Below, in pieces: positions 9,915 to 18,768 of a DNA stretch of 28,846 bases; the stretch's first letter is position 1, and each line of letters opens with the position of its first letter. The stretch covers positions 1 through 28,846 of the IMG/VR virus record IMGVR_UViG_3300035183_000941, one strand, 5' to 3'. Source of the DNA: a virus. Its lineage: Duplodnaviria > Caudoviricetes. The position numbers and the translations under genes were made by a program. The notes beneath the pieces are model-generated. The model was given only the letters and a program-made list of their open reading frames with translations, ran no database searches and was not told where the DNA came from.

Positions 9915-9949
9915 GCCCTCCCTCTATCCGAGGGAGGGTTTTTCTTTTT
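9915..9949 (+). terminator. Intrinsic terminator
   Basis: GCCCTCCCTC / GAGGGAGGGT stem then TTTTCTTTTT. Confidence 0.9.
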
Positions 9950-9964
9950 GAAAGATGGCCAAAG

Positions 9965-9973
9965 TGGTAAAAT
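9965..9973 (+). promoter_or_regulatory. TGnTAAAAT extended -10 motif
   Basis: TGGTAAAAT between terminator and ATG 10006. Confidence 0.6.
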
Positions 9974-10005
9974 GGTCAATATCTCACACCTTTTAGGATG
10001 CCAGA

Positions 10006-11160
10006 ATGAGACTTTTTGACAAAGTTAAGAATATCAGCGAGGGTATCAAGGCTCCCCAAGCCGGTCAAACATTGAAAAAGTCTGACAAAGCCACTGAGGC
10101 GAAGGCTGCAGAGATCAAAGCGAAATACAAAGCAGCAAATAAACCTGCAACTTCAATATCTTATGATGCAGGCGTACAGACTACCCCAAGCAATGCTAAG
10201 AATTTCATCGCCAAGATGAAAGAAATCAAAGAGAAGGCCAAGCTTGGTAAAGCTCAGGGTGTTCCCGAGGGTGCTGATCCAGCAACTCATGAGCGATGCG
10301 TTAAAGAGGTCAAGGCTAAGGGTCATGACAAGGCAAGTGCGTTCGCTATTTGCAACGCAGCTGGTGCAGGACTTAAAAAAGGTGATGTGGTTGAGTTTCC
10401 CAAAAAATCAAAACAATCAACCATTGACAATCTTGCTCTTGAAGGTCGTCAAAATGGCTTGGCTAAGATGAAGGCGATGATGGAAGCCGCCAAAAAGAAA
10501 AAGACCGAAGAAAGTCTTCAAAAAGGCTACAAAAAAGACGAAAACGGCAATCTTGTGTACGAAAAAGACGCACCTGTTAAAAATGCACCAGCTGCGACAA
10601 TATCGTATGGCTCTAGTGGTATCGATAAGATTGATATTCATTCTAAAGCAAATCCGGCTCAAAACTGGAAGCGAGACTGGAACTCAAAAACTGTTGACCA
10701 AAAGAATAAGCTAAAGAATAAGCTTGCTCAGCAAAGAGCTACTGGCCAAAAGCAGCCCAGCTTGCCACCTTTACCAAAACAAAAAACGGCGCTTGAAACA
10801 ATTAAAGAGAATCAAGCGAAGAAAAGCGGCGATATGGCGTTGCCGCCTCCTGCTATGCCGCCAAAGCCTGATCTGATGAAGGATAATCAACCTCATCCGG
10901 CGAACAGCCCTGAGGATAAGGCCCATGATATAGTAGAAGAGCACCAAAGTCTTAAGGATGCGTTGTCCGTATTATCCAGTAGTGATAAGATGAAGAGTAT
11001 GTTTGCTCATCTTAGAGAGCTTAAAGATAAGAAAAATCTAAGAGATAAAGAAAATCAAATGGTTGGACAAGAGCCTGAATTATCTAAAAAATCCAGTTGG
11101 ATGAAAAAGTGCTCTGAAATAATGAAAAAAAACAAGTGGAATCCAACACTTGATTATTGA
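10006..11160 (+). CDS. Lys-rich low-complexity protein, probable processed internal head protein
   Basis: 384 aa; LKKS, LGKA, LKKG, LQKG, LMKD motifs delimit segments; ERCVKEV...AFAIC mini-domain. Confidence 0.7.
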   Translation: MRLFDKVKNISEGIKAPQAGQTLKKSDKATEAKAAEIKAKYKAANKPATSISYDAGVQTTPSNAKNFIAKMKEIKEKAKLGKAQGVPEGADPATHERCVKEVKAKGHDKASAFAICNAAGAGLKKGDVVEFPKKSKQSTIDNLALEGRQNGLAKMKAMMEAAKKKKTEESLQKGYKKDENGNLVYEKDAPVKNAPAATISYGSSGIDKIDIHSKANPAQNWKRDWNSKTVDQKNKLKNKLAQQRATGQKQPSLPPLPKQKTALETIKENQAKKSGDMALPPPAMPPKPDLMKDNQPHPANSPEDKAHDIVEEHQSLKDALSVLSSSDKMKSMFAHLRELKDKKNLRDKENQMVGQEPELSKKSSWMKKCSEIMKKNKWNPTLDY

Positions 11161-11162
11161 GC

Positions 11163-11189
11163 TCAAGATTGCTGTGTGATTGTCGATAA
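11163..11189 (+). promoter_or_regulatory. sigma28 (FliA)-like promoter
   Basis: TCAA-N15-GTCGATAA vs consensus TAAA-N15-GCCGATAA. Confidence 0.6.
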
Positions 11190-11212
11190 GTTTTTGTAAC
11201 ATAGGAGGATTT

Positions 11213-11404
11213 ATGAGCAACAATGTAATCAAATTGATTGACCGTAAAAACAAAGAAGTCAGCCAAGAAATAGAGAAACAAGAAACTCAGGATTCATTTT
11301 TTAAAGATGCTATTCGTCGTAATGCAGAGAACGCAGCTCGACTCAAGAAAGAGCGAGAAAAAGCAAATAAGAGTGTGATTCGCTCTTATGGGCTAAAATA
11401 CTAA
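11213..11404 (+). CDS. Small basic helical hypothetical protein
   Basis: AGGAGG RBS before ATG 11213; 63 aa. Confidence 0.75.
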   Translation: MSNNVIKLIDRKNKEVSQEIEKQETQDSFFKDAIRRNAENAARLKKEREKANKSVIRSYGLKY

Positions 11405-11414
11405 AGGGATTGAG

Positions 11415-11846
11415 ATGTTCAAGGCTGTTCCTATTGATATGATTTCCGCTCCAAATTTTTACTCGGTTCTTCCGAGTAACCGTTGGGAGATTGTGTCCCC
11501 AAATGCCCAATCCTTGTGGTTTCAGCTTTATATTGTTGATGGATTGGGTTCTCGACCGTATGTCCCAGCCTCTGGCTCATCCATGACGGTGACCTTCCAG
11601 AGAGCCGACTTAATCAGCCTGACCAATACACCGCCACCAACCTTGACCAACACGTCAAAAAATGTTGTTAAGACTGCTATTATCGACCCGAACAATCGCA
11701 GTCTTATGAGGATCGACATGACTTCCCAGAACATCCAGGATATCGTGTCGGGAACAGCTAAGTTTGTTCTCACGGAAGGTGCTACAAGTACTACGTTTTT
11801 GGCTAACTGGTCTGTGTTTAAGAAGTTGACGGACCCTGGATTCTAA
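11415..11846 (+). CDS. Hypothetical, probable virion protein
   Basis: 143 aa beta-rich ORF directly upstream of the adaptor gene. Confidence 0.65.
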   Translation: MFKAVPIDMISAPNFYSVLPSNRWEIVSPNAQSLWFQLYIVDGLGSRPYVPASGSSMTVTFQRADLISLTNTPPPTLTNTSKNVVKTAIIDPNNRSLMRIDMTSQNIQDIVSGTAKFVLTEGATSTTFLANWSVFKKLTDPGF

Positions 11847-11867
11847 TTAGAGATTGGACTACCTAAG

Positions 11868-12716
11868 ATGACGCAATCATATGGTACACAATATCATACT
11901 TATCCGGTTTTTGCTGAAGAGATGAGTCATGAAGGCGCCTTCAAAAGATTCACTCACTTCCCAGGGCCTCATGAAGTTTTTCAGATGGCTCTTTTTGGTT
12001 TGCCTAAGGTATCGCCGCTGACCGGTGAAGTAATAACTGAGGAGATGGCCGCGCCCTATCTCGAGTCTGCGGTCGCTGAGATTGAAATGGTCGTTGGATG
12101 CACTTTATCCCCGGTTGTTCGTTTCCATTCTGATGATCACATTGATGGTCTTTTTGAGCGAAACTTTATGGGTATCAGGCTTCAATCTTGGCCTGCAACC
12201 GAGGTTATCTCTGTTAAGCTCAAATATCCTCACACTAACACTGCGTCAATTTATCAGACCTACACCATTCCGTCCAACTGGGTGTATCTCAGGAAAAACA
12301 AGATCAATATAGTTGCTGCGGTTGGTGCAGTTACGGTATCCACCGATAACTCATCGATGGTAACGGCTGGCGGCCTCTTCACCTACATTACTGGTTTTGG
12401 GCGTGGAGCTTATCAGCCGGGTGTTCTCGAGGTGGTTTATAAGGCTGGCTTTGAGCATGACAAGTTACCAAGTTCTGTTGCGGATCTAATCAAAACTTGG
12501 GCTGCACACAGGATGCTTTGCGATTTCATGCCAATATTGTTTCCAACAAGTTCTTTGACCGACTCCATTGACGGAGTTAGTCAAAGTGTTACTTATAATA
12601 TACACATGACTTTGGCCAATCGCATCAAAATGCTCGAGCAGAAGAAAACCGAATTAGCCGCCGCCCTGACCAAGCAGTTCAGTAAGACACTCAAGACCAC
12701 TTATCTTGGCACTTGA
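11868..12716 (+). CDS. Putative head-tail adaptor (SPO1/Twort-like)
   Basis: A..EIE..., WP..EV.S, YKAGF...LP....DLI...AA and SIDGVSQS motifs. Confidence 0.7.
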   Translation: MTQSYGTQYHTYPVFAEEMSHEGAFKRFTHFPGPHEVFQMALFGLPKVSPLTGEVITEEMAAPYLESAVAEIEMVVGCTLSPVVRFHSDDHIDGLFERNFMGIRLQSWPATEVISVKLKYPHTNTASIYQTYTIPSNWVYLRKNKINIVAAVGAVTVSTDNSSMVTAGGLFTYITGFGRGAYQPGVLEVVYKAGFEHDKLPSSVADLIKTWAAHRMLCDFMPILFPTSSLTDSIDGVSQSVTYNIHMTLANRIKMLEQKKTELAAALTKQFSKTLKTTYLGT

Positions 12717-12958
12717 CAATTCATTCCTTCTTTTTTGCCAAAGGTCTCTTCTACCCAGGAAAGCAGGTTTGGGGTTGTCCTTTGGACATCCTCACGCTGC
12801 ATTCTCATTATCTGCTCACCCGCCCACTTGATGCACCCGCCTTCGCTCATGAGGGTGGTAGATTTGACGACGCAACCATCCCTGAAGATCTCAACCTTCC
12901 AGCACGGCATGTTTTCTATAAGAACTTCTTTTGCCTCGTATGTATACTTACTTGACAT
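12701..12958 (-). CDS. Hypothetical protein
   Basis: Start chosen at ATG 12958, downstream of a sigma28-like promoter. Confidence 0.55.
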   Translation of the reverse strand: MSSKYTYEAKEVLIENMPCWKVEIFRDGCVVKSTTLMSEGGCIKWAGEQIMRMQREDVQRTTPNLLSWVEETFGKKEGMNCQVPR

Positions 12959-12993
12959 ACCAAACCTTGTTAATAGTAATGGTGATGATTGAT

Positions 12994-13021
12994 TTATCGG
13001 CACTATCGCGAAATAACTTTA
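12994..13021 (-). promoter_or_regulatory. sigma28 (FliA)-like promoter
   Basis: Minus strand TAAAGTTA...GCCGATAA (TAAA-N16-GCCGATAA). Confidence 0.7.
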
Positions 13022-13114
13022 GCATTGATTGTTGTTTTTTCTAATCCATAATCAATGGATTGGGAGGTATCTATGAAAGTAGAATCTTGTTCGGCGGATA
13101 GATTCTTTACGTGT

Positions 13115-13318
13115 TTGACGTCCTCCCTTGGTTAAAACCAAGAGATTCCACCAGCCCTTCAGCTAGTGCGATTCACGCCCGAATCGGGGATCATTCAGCT
13201 AAAGGCACCTGATCCCTTAAATACCATAGGAGTCATTGGTTTTAGCCTCGTCCTATAGCGCTTTGGCTTTTCAATATCGCCATAACACCCGACTGCGCAA
13301 TCGCAAACCGTTCGGGCT
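13115..13318 (-). ncRNA. Candidate omegaRNA/reRNA-like structured RNA
   Basis: Follows an internal promoter; several stems visible by eye; ends at the right-end TCAA. Confidence 0.55.
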
Positions 13319-13323
13319 TAGAC

Positions 13324-13352
13324 AATATGAAGGATTCTAATAGATATGTCAA
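13324..13352 (-). promoter_or_regulatory. sigma70-type promoter inside the element
   Basis: TTGACA, 17 bp, CATATT on minus strand. Confidence 0.6.
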
Positions 13353-13674
13353 GATACAAGTACTTATAGAATTTAAGGCATTGCCACCTTATATCACCAC
13401 GCCTGAAAGTAGCGGCTTTACGGCGAAATTTTGGTAATGAGTTTTGATGGTAATAGTGTTCAGCAGTTGATGTCGGCAAGTCCTACCGATGACGCCAAGC
13501 TTGAGATATTCAATGAAGGCCCATCCAGAATATACATTGGACCATCTAGTGATTTAACTACAGAAAATGGCTTTCCTATACATGTAGGATCATCCATGAG
13601 CATAGAAATCCCAGCTCAAAACCCCGTCTATGTGACGGGGAGTAAAGAGGCAATACACAAGGTAAGAGTTTTGG

Positions 13675-14256
13675 CTACTCTTTGGTAGGATAACTTCTCC
13701 TTAACGTACGGATGACATCCCGAGCGTCATCAAGCATATCGTGAGATACCGTTTTGCTAAATCCCTGAGATTGAAGAATCTCATCAAGACTCAAGGGTTT
13801 GTCTTTGGTCCAGTCAACAAAAACACTTCCAGGATCAAGCACCCTGTGTGCAAAAAAACTTTTGATATCTGGTGGTAAGAATTGGTAATCAAAACCGGCA
13901 ACATTTTTGCCAGCCAAGACCACGCCGCTCGGTAAATTAAGACCCGGCTTGAAACATTGTGGAAGGTTTTGGTACAAAAACCCAATTATCATAGCCCGGA
14001 GCTCACTCGGGAGAATTATTGGATATGGGCATGGTTTTCGTCTGCCAGAAATAAAGTCAAGAATCCAAGCGTTCATAGCTAAGGCGTAAGCTTGTCCTCT
14101 GATGACTGGCTGACGTATTAGCACCGTCATGTGAGGTAGTTCTTCGACTGGAACCTCGGGGTGATCAGAGTCTTCGAGCACCATGGATAACCCAAGTATG
14201 TGCTCAAAAGCCGGCTCAAGACTTGATGTTTCGATGTCCAAACTGACGTATTTCAT
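13675..14256 (-). CDS. DEDDh 3'-5' exonuclease (oligoribonuclease/DnaQ-like)
   Basis: SLDIETS, AGKNVAGFDYQFL, SHDMLDDA motifs; AAGGAG RBS; ATGA overlap. Confidence 0.88.
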   Translation of the reverse strand: MKYVSLDIETSSLEPAFEHILGLSMVLEDSDHPEVPVEELPHMTVLIRQPVIRGQAYALAMNAWILDFISGRRKPCPYPIILPSELRAMIIGFLYQNLPQCFKPGLNLPSGVVLAGKNVAGFDYQFLPPDIKSFFAHRVLDPGSVFVDWTKDKPLSLDEILQSQGFSKTVSHDMLDDARDVIRTLRRSYPTKE

Positions 14257-14612
14257 GCTGGCTCCTTTTGTTTGATTTGGGTTTTCTTCCCTTTGTTGCG
14301 CAATTCCCATAAATTAACTTCTCGTTCAAATCTTTCTGGTATGTTTCCATCAAGAATATCGTTAACCACCGCATCGTCAACACCAAGCTGCTTGATTAGC
14401 CGCCTCAAATGAACAGCGTTTAGAACTGTTTTCTTGCCTTTTTTCCAGTGCGATGTATCGGCAGGGTCCAACCCTATGATTCTGCCAATCGCACCATCAG
14501 GGACTCTCATTTTTAGAGGGTTGGACTCCTGGGCTTTCTCTTTAAAAACACGAAAGAGAACCATGCTAATGATGCGGTTTGTTTCAGTTTGGTTTTTTGC
14601 TTCGATTTTCAT
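14253..14612 (-). CDS. XRE-like HTH DNA-binding protein
   Basis: DGAIGRIIGLDPADTSHWKKGK...LRRLIKQLGV pattern. Confidence 0.7.
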   Translation of the reverse strand: MKIEAKNQTETNRIISMVLFRVFKEKAQESNPLKMRVPDGAIGRIIGLDPADTSHWKKGKKTVLNAVHLRRLIKQLGVDDAVVNDILDGNIPERFEREVNLWELRNKGKKTQIKQKEPA

Positions 14613-14620
14613 AACGCCCC

Positions 14621-14881
14621 CTAGTCTGATTCAAGGTTAATTAAAAAATCCGCAGAGAAAAGATTGCCATCGCCTTCACCGCCCCATCGATACCTAGTTC
14701 CGTCTGAATTGGGAGTTTTGTACGGCAGTTTGGTGGGTTCGGGTTCATCATCCTCAACCCTCAAAAAGGTATCGCTGCCGCAGTTATAACACTCGTATGG
14801 ACATTCTGACCATTGCTTGGCGCTGTTGTTCCCTTTTGGGTATGTATCGCCACAGCATCCACATCTCCACCCAAGCAGCAT
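14621..14881 (-). CDS. Small Cys-rich zinc-finger protein
   Basis: AAGGAG RBS; CGCC, CPYECYNC. Confidence 0.65.
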   Translation of the reverse strand: MLLGWRCGCCGDTYPKGNNSAKQWSECPYECYNCGSDTFLRVEDDEPEPTKLPYKTPNSDGTRYRWGGEGDGNLFSADFLINLESD

Positions 14882-14999
14882 TATTATTCTCCTTTTGAAG
14901 GTAATTTGAGTATGTCAATTGAACGCGACCTGCATCGCCAAGGCAGATGTAGGCAATTTGCTTAATCAGTGTTGAGTCGTTGACTTGAAGTGTTTTCAT
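14784..14999 (-). pseudogene. Possible truncated KTSC-like gene
   Basis: GGAG RBS; MKTLQVNDSTLIKQIAY resembles a KTSC N-terminus, then runs out of frame into the next gene. Confidence 0.35.
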
Positions 15000-15035
15000 T
15001 AAAGCTCCGATAATACTGCGTCAATCACATATACC

Positions 15036-15062
15036 TTATCGTAGCCGCCTCAAAAAACTTTA
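15036..15062 (-). promoter_or_regulatory. sigma28 (FliA)-like promoter
   Basis: Minus strand TAAAGTTT-N11-TACGATAA. Confidence 0.65.
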
Positions 15063-16841
15063 GGGCTGAGGGAAAAGAGTAATAATATTACTATCTTCTT
15101 TGTGCACATTTGGTTTGTGGCTGTTTTTGCTTTTGTTAATAAGATCTTGTGCCATCTTCATGATACGGTCAGCATTACTGATTTGAGGCTCTTCATACCC
15201 GGTGTCACCATTGATTACTCCGTCCATTTGGCCTTTTTTGATAGCCAAGACTTCCATCATGGTCGGATCTGAACCGGTGTTTAAGATAAGGTATGCCGAC
15301 GTGACAGACCCAATCAGTTCATCGCGATTCAATCGACCCTCAGCTTGGTAATGAATTGCCGGACTCCAGTCAAGCTCACCAAACACTATATGACTACACA
15401 CTCTTTGAAGATCATTCAGGCCAGCCCCTGATCTTAGACTCATGATCATCAATGGAGATTTACCTTCAACAAAAGCTTCCTTCGATTGATTTTTTTGAGC
15501 GGCTGTTTCGCTACCAGTAAACATGACCGGGTCATATTGGCTCAATTCTTTCAGCCAAATATCGTAAACCTCGCGATGCCAACCAAGGAGCAAAACCTTT
15601 TCACCGGCTTCGAGTAAAACCCTGACCCACGCCGCCACTGACTTGGCTTTCATAAGTCCGGTTGCCTGTCTCAAAAACCCATCAAGCTTCAAAGCGGCTT
15701 CGCCCTTATCCTCTTTATTGGCTGTCATCATATCGATAGCCAACTGAATAGCAGTCTTTTCGACTCGAGCAGCCTCGGCAGCATCGTGCTCAAGTACATG
15801 AACAATCCTGTTAATAGGTGGCAGCTCTTTTCTAACATCTTCCCTTGTTCTTCTGAGCATCATATGGGATTGACGAAGATAAACACCAAGTCTTGCCGGG
15901 TCCATCACAACTCTTTTGTCATAAGGCTCGCACCAAGCATCTTGGAATTCTTTGAGCTCGCCAAGACACCCCGGATGGATTATGTTCATTACGTTGAAAA
16001 TCTCGACACCATAGTTGAAAAGCGGTGTTGCGCTTAGTCCAAGTTTTTTGGTTGCTTTTTCTGTGATTTTGAAAGCTGCTGCGTACTTTTGACTGGTATT
16101 GTGCCGCAATTCTTGAATCTCATCAAAGACAACATATCGAGCAAAACCACCCAATACATCCTTCCAGCCAGCCAATCTTGTGTATGATGTGATGATCACG
16201 TCCACATCAGGTAGGTCATATGGTTTGGTTCCTTTGATGATATGGGTTTTGAGGTTTGGTAGGAATCTCTTGATCTCAAGCTCCCACTGAATAAGGAGGT
16301 GCGGTTGAGCAATAACCAGCGCTGGCCGATACTCGGGTAGCGCCATAGGTCCTATTGACGTAGCGGTTTTGCCAAGGCCCACATCGTCAGCCAGTAACAG
16401 TCTATTCGTTTCAAGAAAGAAACTGACCGCTTGCTCTTGGTATTTCCTTAGGGGAATAGCCAAATTCAATCTTGGTCCACTGAACGACTCATTGAATATG
16501 AGTTCGATCTTTCTTTGTTTTGCACCCATTTCGGCAACGGTATCGTCCAGTGCTTTTTTGTCTTCTGTTGACATAACTAACGGGTATCTTTGCATAAACC
16601 ACACTAAATCTTTGCAAATTGCTGGACTGTGTTTGATACCGGGATTGAACAGTTTGATTTCGTTATACGAAACCTCAGAGTGGATATAACCCTGAAGATA
16701 TGTTTTGTGATTTGTTGGGTGTATGTGTACCCAGTTGGTGAAGATTTTCTTGAACAAGTCGATTGTGGCAGGTTTGCCTTCAAGCATCCATATATTGTTG
16801 ATTAGTGTGAGCTTACCGTAAGAATCCCCAGACAAAAACAT
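15060..16841 (-). CDS. SNF2-family (SF2) helicase
   Basis: LADDVGLGKT, VFDEIQ, LSATP, GAGLN.LQ, W.PA...QAEGRL.R; AGGAG RBS before ATG 16841. Confidence 0.93.
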   Translation of the reverse strand: MFLSGDSYGKLTLINNIWMLEGKPATIDLFKKIFTNWVHIHPTNHKTYLQGYIHSEVSYNEIKLFNPGIKHSPAICKDLVWFMQRYPLVMSTEDKKALDDTVAEMGAKQRKIELIFNESFSGPRLNLAIPLRKYQEQAVSFFLETNRLLLADDVGLGKTATSIGPMALPEYRPALVIAQPHLLIQWELEIKRFLPNLKTHIIKGTKPYDLPDVDVIITSYTRLAGWKDVLGGFARYVVFDEIQELRHNTSQKYAAAFKITEKATKKLGLSATPLFNYGVEIFNVMNIIHPGCLGELKEFQDAWCEPYDKRVVMDPARLGVYLRQSHMMLRRTREDVRKELPPINRIVHVLEHDAAEAARVEKTAIQLAIDMMTANKEDKGEAALKLDGFLRQATGLMKAKSVAAWVRVLLEAGEKVLLLGWHREVYDIWLKELSQYDPVMFTGSETAAQKNQSKEAFVEGKSPLMIMSLRSGAGLNDLQRVCSHIVFGELDWSPAIHYQAEGRLNRDELIGSVTSAYLILNTGSDPTMMEVLAIKKGQMDGVINGDTGYEEPQISNADRIMKMAQDLINKSKNSHKPNVHKEDSNIITLFPQP

Positions 16842-16870
16842 AACTACTCCTAATGATTGCCGAATCATTA

Positions 16871-16899
16871 AGACTACTATATTCTGTAGTCATTGTCAA
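16871..16899 (-). promoter_or_regulatory. sigma70-type promoter with overlapping inverted repeat
   Basis: TTGACA, 17 bp, TAGTCT; GACTAC-N8-GTAGTC at 16872-16891. Confidence 0.7.
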
Positions 16900-16949
16900 T
16901 AGTTAAAAAATTTTTTAAAAGAGGGGCCGGGGTAGCCCCTATCGAGGAC

Positions 16950-17183
16950 TCAGACGCTGGCTGGAGCCTCTTGTGTGGTCGTGCTGGCTGCGGTTGTGGC
17001 TTCAGCTCGTTCTTTGAGGTGGTTTTCCAGCCCAAGCTTTTTGAGGGTGCGCTGAAGGGTACGGATGCCAATGCCGAGCCCACGAGCCGTGTGAGTGCGG
17101 TTGCCATTGTGGTACTCAAGAGCTTTGAGGATGTTGTTCGCAATCACTTCGCTCTGTTTGAGGTACGGTTTTGTTGATGACAT
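16950..17183 (-). CDS. Stand-alone Fis/NtrC-type HTH (HTH_8) protein
   Basis: ILKALEYHNGNRTHTARGLGIGIRTLQRTLKKLG; AGGAG RBS. Confidence 0.85.
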   Translation of the reverse strand: MSSTKPYLKQSEVIANNILKALEYHNGNRTHTARGLGIGIRTLQRTLKKLGLENHLKERAEATTAASTTTQEAPASV

Positions 17184-17204
17184 AAAAATTCTCCTGTGTG
17201 TGTT

Positions 17205-17254
17205 CGACCTAACTTGCTCTCACAAGCCCCGCCTTTTATGGCGGGTTAGTTTAC
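17205..17254. mobile_element. Degenerate IS200/IS605 end resembling the IscB/HEARO-type terminus
   Basis: Minus strand GTAAACTAACCCGCC-ATAAAA-GGCGGGGCTTG-TGAGAG-CAAGTT. Confidence 0.55.
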
Positions 17255-17261
17255 TGAGTCT

Positions 17262-17290
17262 GTTTTACACTGTCTCATCTGCAGTGTCAA
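17262..17290 (-). promoter_or_regulatory. sigma70-type promoter with overlapping inverted repeat
   Basis: TTGACA, 17 bp, TAAAAC; ACACTG-N9-CAGTGT at 17267-17287. Confidence 0.65.
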
Positions 17291-17340
17291 CAGCGTAAGC
17301 AGCATTACTGATTCCGGCCGAGTCCACATCGTCACCCCAA

Positions 17341-18768
17341 TTATGCATTTGTCAACTCTTTTATGAATTTTTTTTGCCCGGCATCATACACCCTAAACCA
17401 TTTTTTTTCGTTTGCGTGCTGTGTTTCTGTTAGTCCTCTATCATCCATATTAGCGACGCAACTAGATCTTGGGTAGGTGTTTACTCCATTCGACCATCTA
17501 AAAGACAAGGAACAGGAAACTTCCTTAAAACCGCACGACACATAACTGTCGCCTGTGGCATATCTCATGTCACAAAATGACACAACTCTGCGAGGTCTTT
17601 TTTCTTTTATTGCATGAGCAAGTAACCTGCTAAACCCACCCACAACACTTATGTCTTTTTTGTTGCAGAATCTCTCTATGTGCAGAGAATCTCCCTTGCT
17701 TCTGACGCATATAGCCGCTGCAAGATCCGTTCCATTTATTAATCCATAACAACTACCTGCCGGGAAAGACCCCATAAGGTGGTTATCTCTGAAAAAAGAA
17801 TCACTTTCTTTCTTTGTTAATGTAACGATTTCGCATTTTCGTGCATATACTTTTTGAACACATCCAAAGTAATTCATGACTATGGATTTCACTATCTCAG
17901 GACTGCTGGTTATCTCGTCACCTCCGAACTGCATGAGTCTTAAGCCGGACTGCTCAAACGAAAGTCTCATTTTCTGATGGTATTCAATATCCCCCACTCT
18001 AGGCTCACCGTGCCAATAAAGACCATCTACATTTACATAAAGAACTTTCCCTTCGTGTTCGATTCTAAAGTCGGGGCGATATTGGACACTGTCACAGGGC
18101 TGCCTATTGAACAGGCTCAGCTCCTTGAAGCCCTTCATCAACTCAATAAACCGAAGCTCTAAGTACGATGTTCTTTTTTCGTAATTCTCGATATAGTCGA
18201 ATAAGACTTTTTCACCGGAGTGTCGATAAACTTTGTAGGCCCACGCCTTTGATATGCCAAGGGTATCGCAGAGGTCTCTCAGATATCTGCCATCAGATAG
18301 GATTATAGAAAGATTGAGTTTTTTTGATTCCGAAGCCTTTTTGACGACACTCGGAATCTGTAGGTTGGTCTTTTTGCCGTACTTCTCAAGGCAGGTCTTC
18401 TCTATCTTTTCCCGAATCTCTGCGGATTTTGCTGGTGATGTTACGCCATAATTCTCCATTAGCGTGGACATCTGCCTGTCTTTCATATCTGCTATGTGCA
18501 TAGCGTTAGATGATCCATATCTCTCCTTCATTGTAGCCTCTCTTTTGCTTTTCACGGAAGCTTTAAAGGAGGGATCGGTGAGTGGAGTTTCGGTCCCAAA
18601 AGATTCAAGGTTTTTTGCACGTCTCGATGCAGCCCTGACTTCTTTTGCATGAGCTTTACACTCTAGGAAGGCATTTTTTGATACTTTCCAGTGGCCTGAT
18701 TCTATGGAAAATAGACCATTGCAAAATTTGCAATATTTTTGAATAGTTGTATCTTTTTTGTTGGTCAC
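17341..18768 (-). CDS. Putative free-standing homing endonuclease (Hef-like, Vsr/PD-(D/E)XK-type core)
   Basis: ERYG/ENYG/EKYG repeats, YRPDF...VDGLYWH, VYARKCEI, NHLMG, RFC..., SFCDMRY, RVYDAG. Confidence 0.75.
   Translation of the reverse strand: MTNKKDTTIQKYCKFCNGLFSIESGHWKVSKNAFLECKAHAKEVRAASRRAKNLESFGTETPLTDPSFKASVKSKREATMKERYGSSNAMHIADMKDRQMSTLMENYGVTSPAKSAEIREKIEKTCLEKYGKKTNLQIPSVVKKASESKKLNLSIILSDGRYLRDLCDTLGISKAWAYKVYRHSGEKVLFDYIENYEKRTSYLELRFIELMKGFKELSLFNRQPCDSVQYRPDFRIEHEGKVLYVNVDGLYWHGEPRVGDIEYHQKMRLSFEQSGLRLMQFGGDEITSSPEIVKSIVMNYFGCVQKVYARKCEIVTLTKKESDSFFRDNHLMGSFPAGSCYGLINGTDLAAAICVRSKGDSLHIERFCNKKDISVVGGFSRLLAHAIKEKRPRRVVSFCDMRYATGDSYVSCGFKEVSCSLSFRWSNGVNTYPRSSCVANMDDRGLTETQHANEKKWFRVYDAGQKKFIKELTNA

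Larger units (their letters stand above)
13115..13433 (-). mobile_element. Non-autonomous 319-bp IS200/IS605 (IS608-type) element
   Basis: Minus strand: target TTAC, left end with AAAG plus imperfect hairpin; right end GAAT-hairpin(CTCTTGGTT/AACCAAGGG)-AGGACG-TCAA; no target duplication. Confidence 0.88.
13073..13688 (+). pseudogene. Small beta-rich (virion-like) gene interrupted by the 13115-13433 element
   Basis: GGGAGGT RBS, ATG 13073, 14 codons, then insertion; joining 13114 to 13434 gives an open 98-aa frame MKVESCSADRFFTC-VMSFDG...IYIG...GFP...VRVLATLW. Confidence 0.85.

Noticed and set aside
13115-13433. Self-splicing intron/IStron
   Set aside because: Element is antisense to the host gene and I could not see group I core motifs or group II boundaries; both junctions fit IS608 rules
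5261-16841. Inteins or introns in nrdA, nrdB or the SNF2 helicase
   Set aside because: Proteins are compact with contiguous motifs; no intein termini seen
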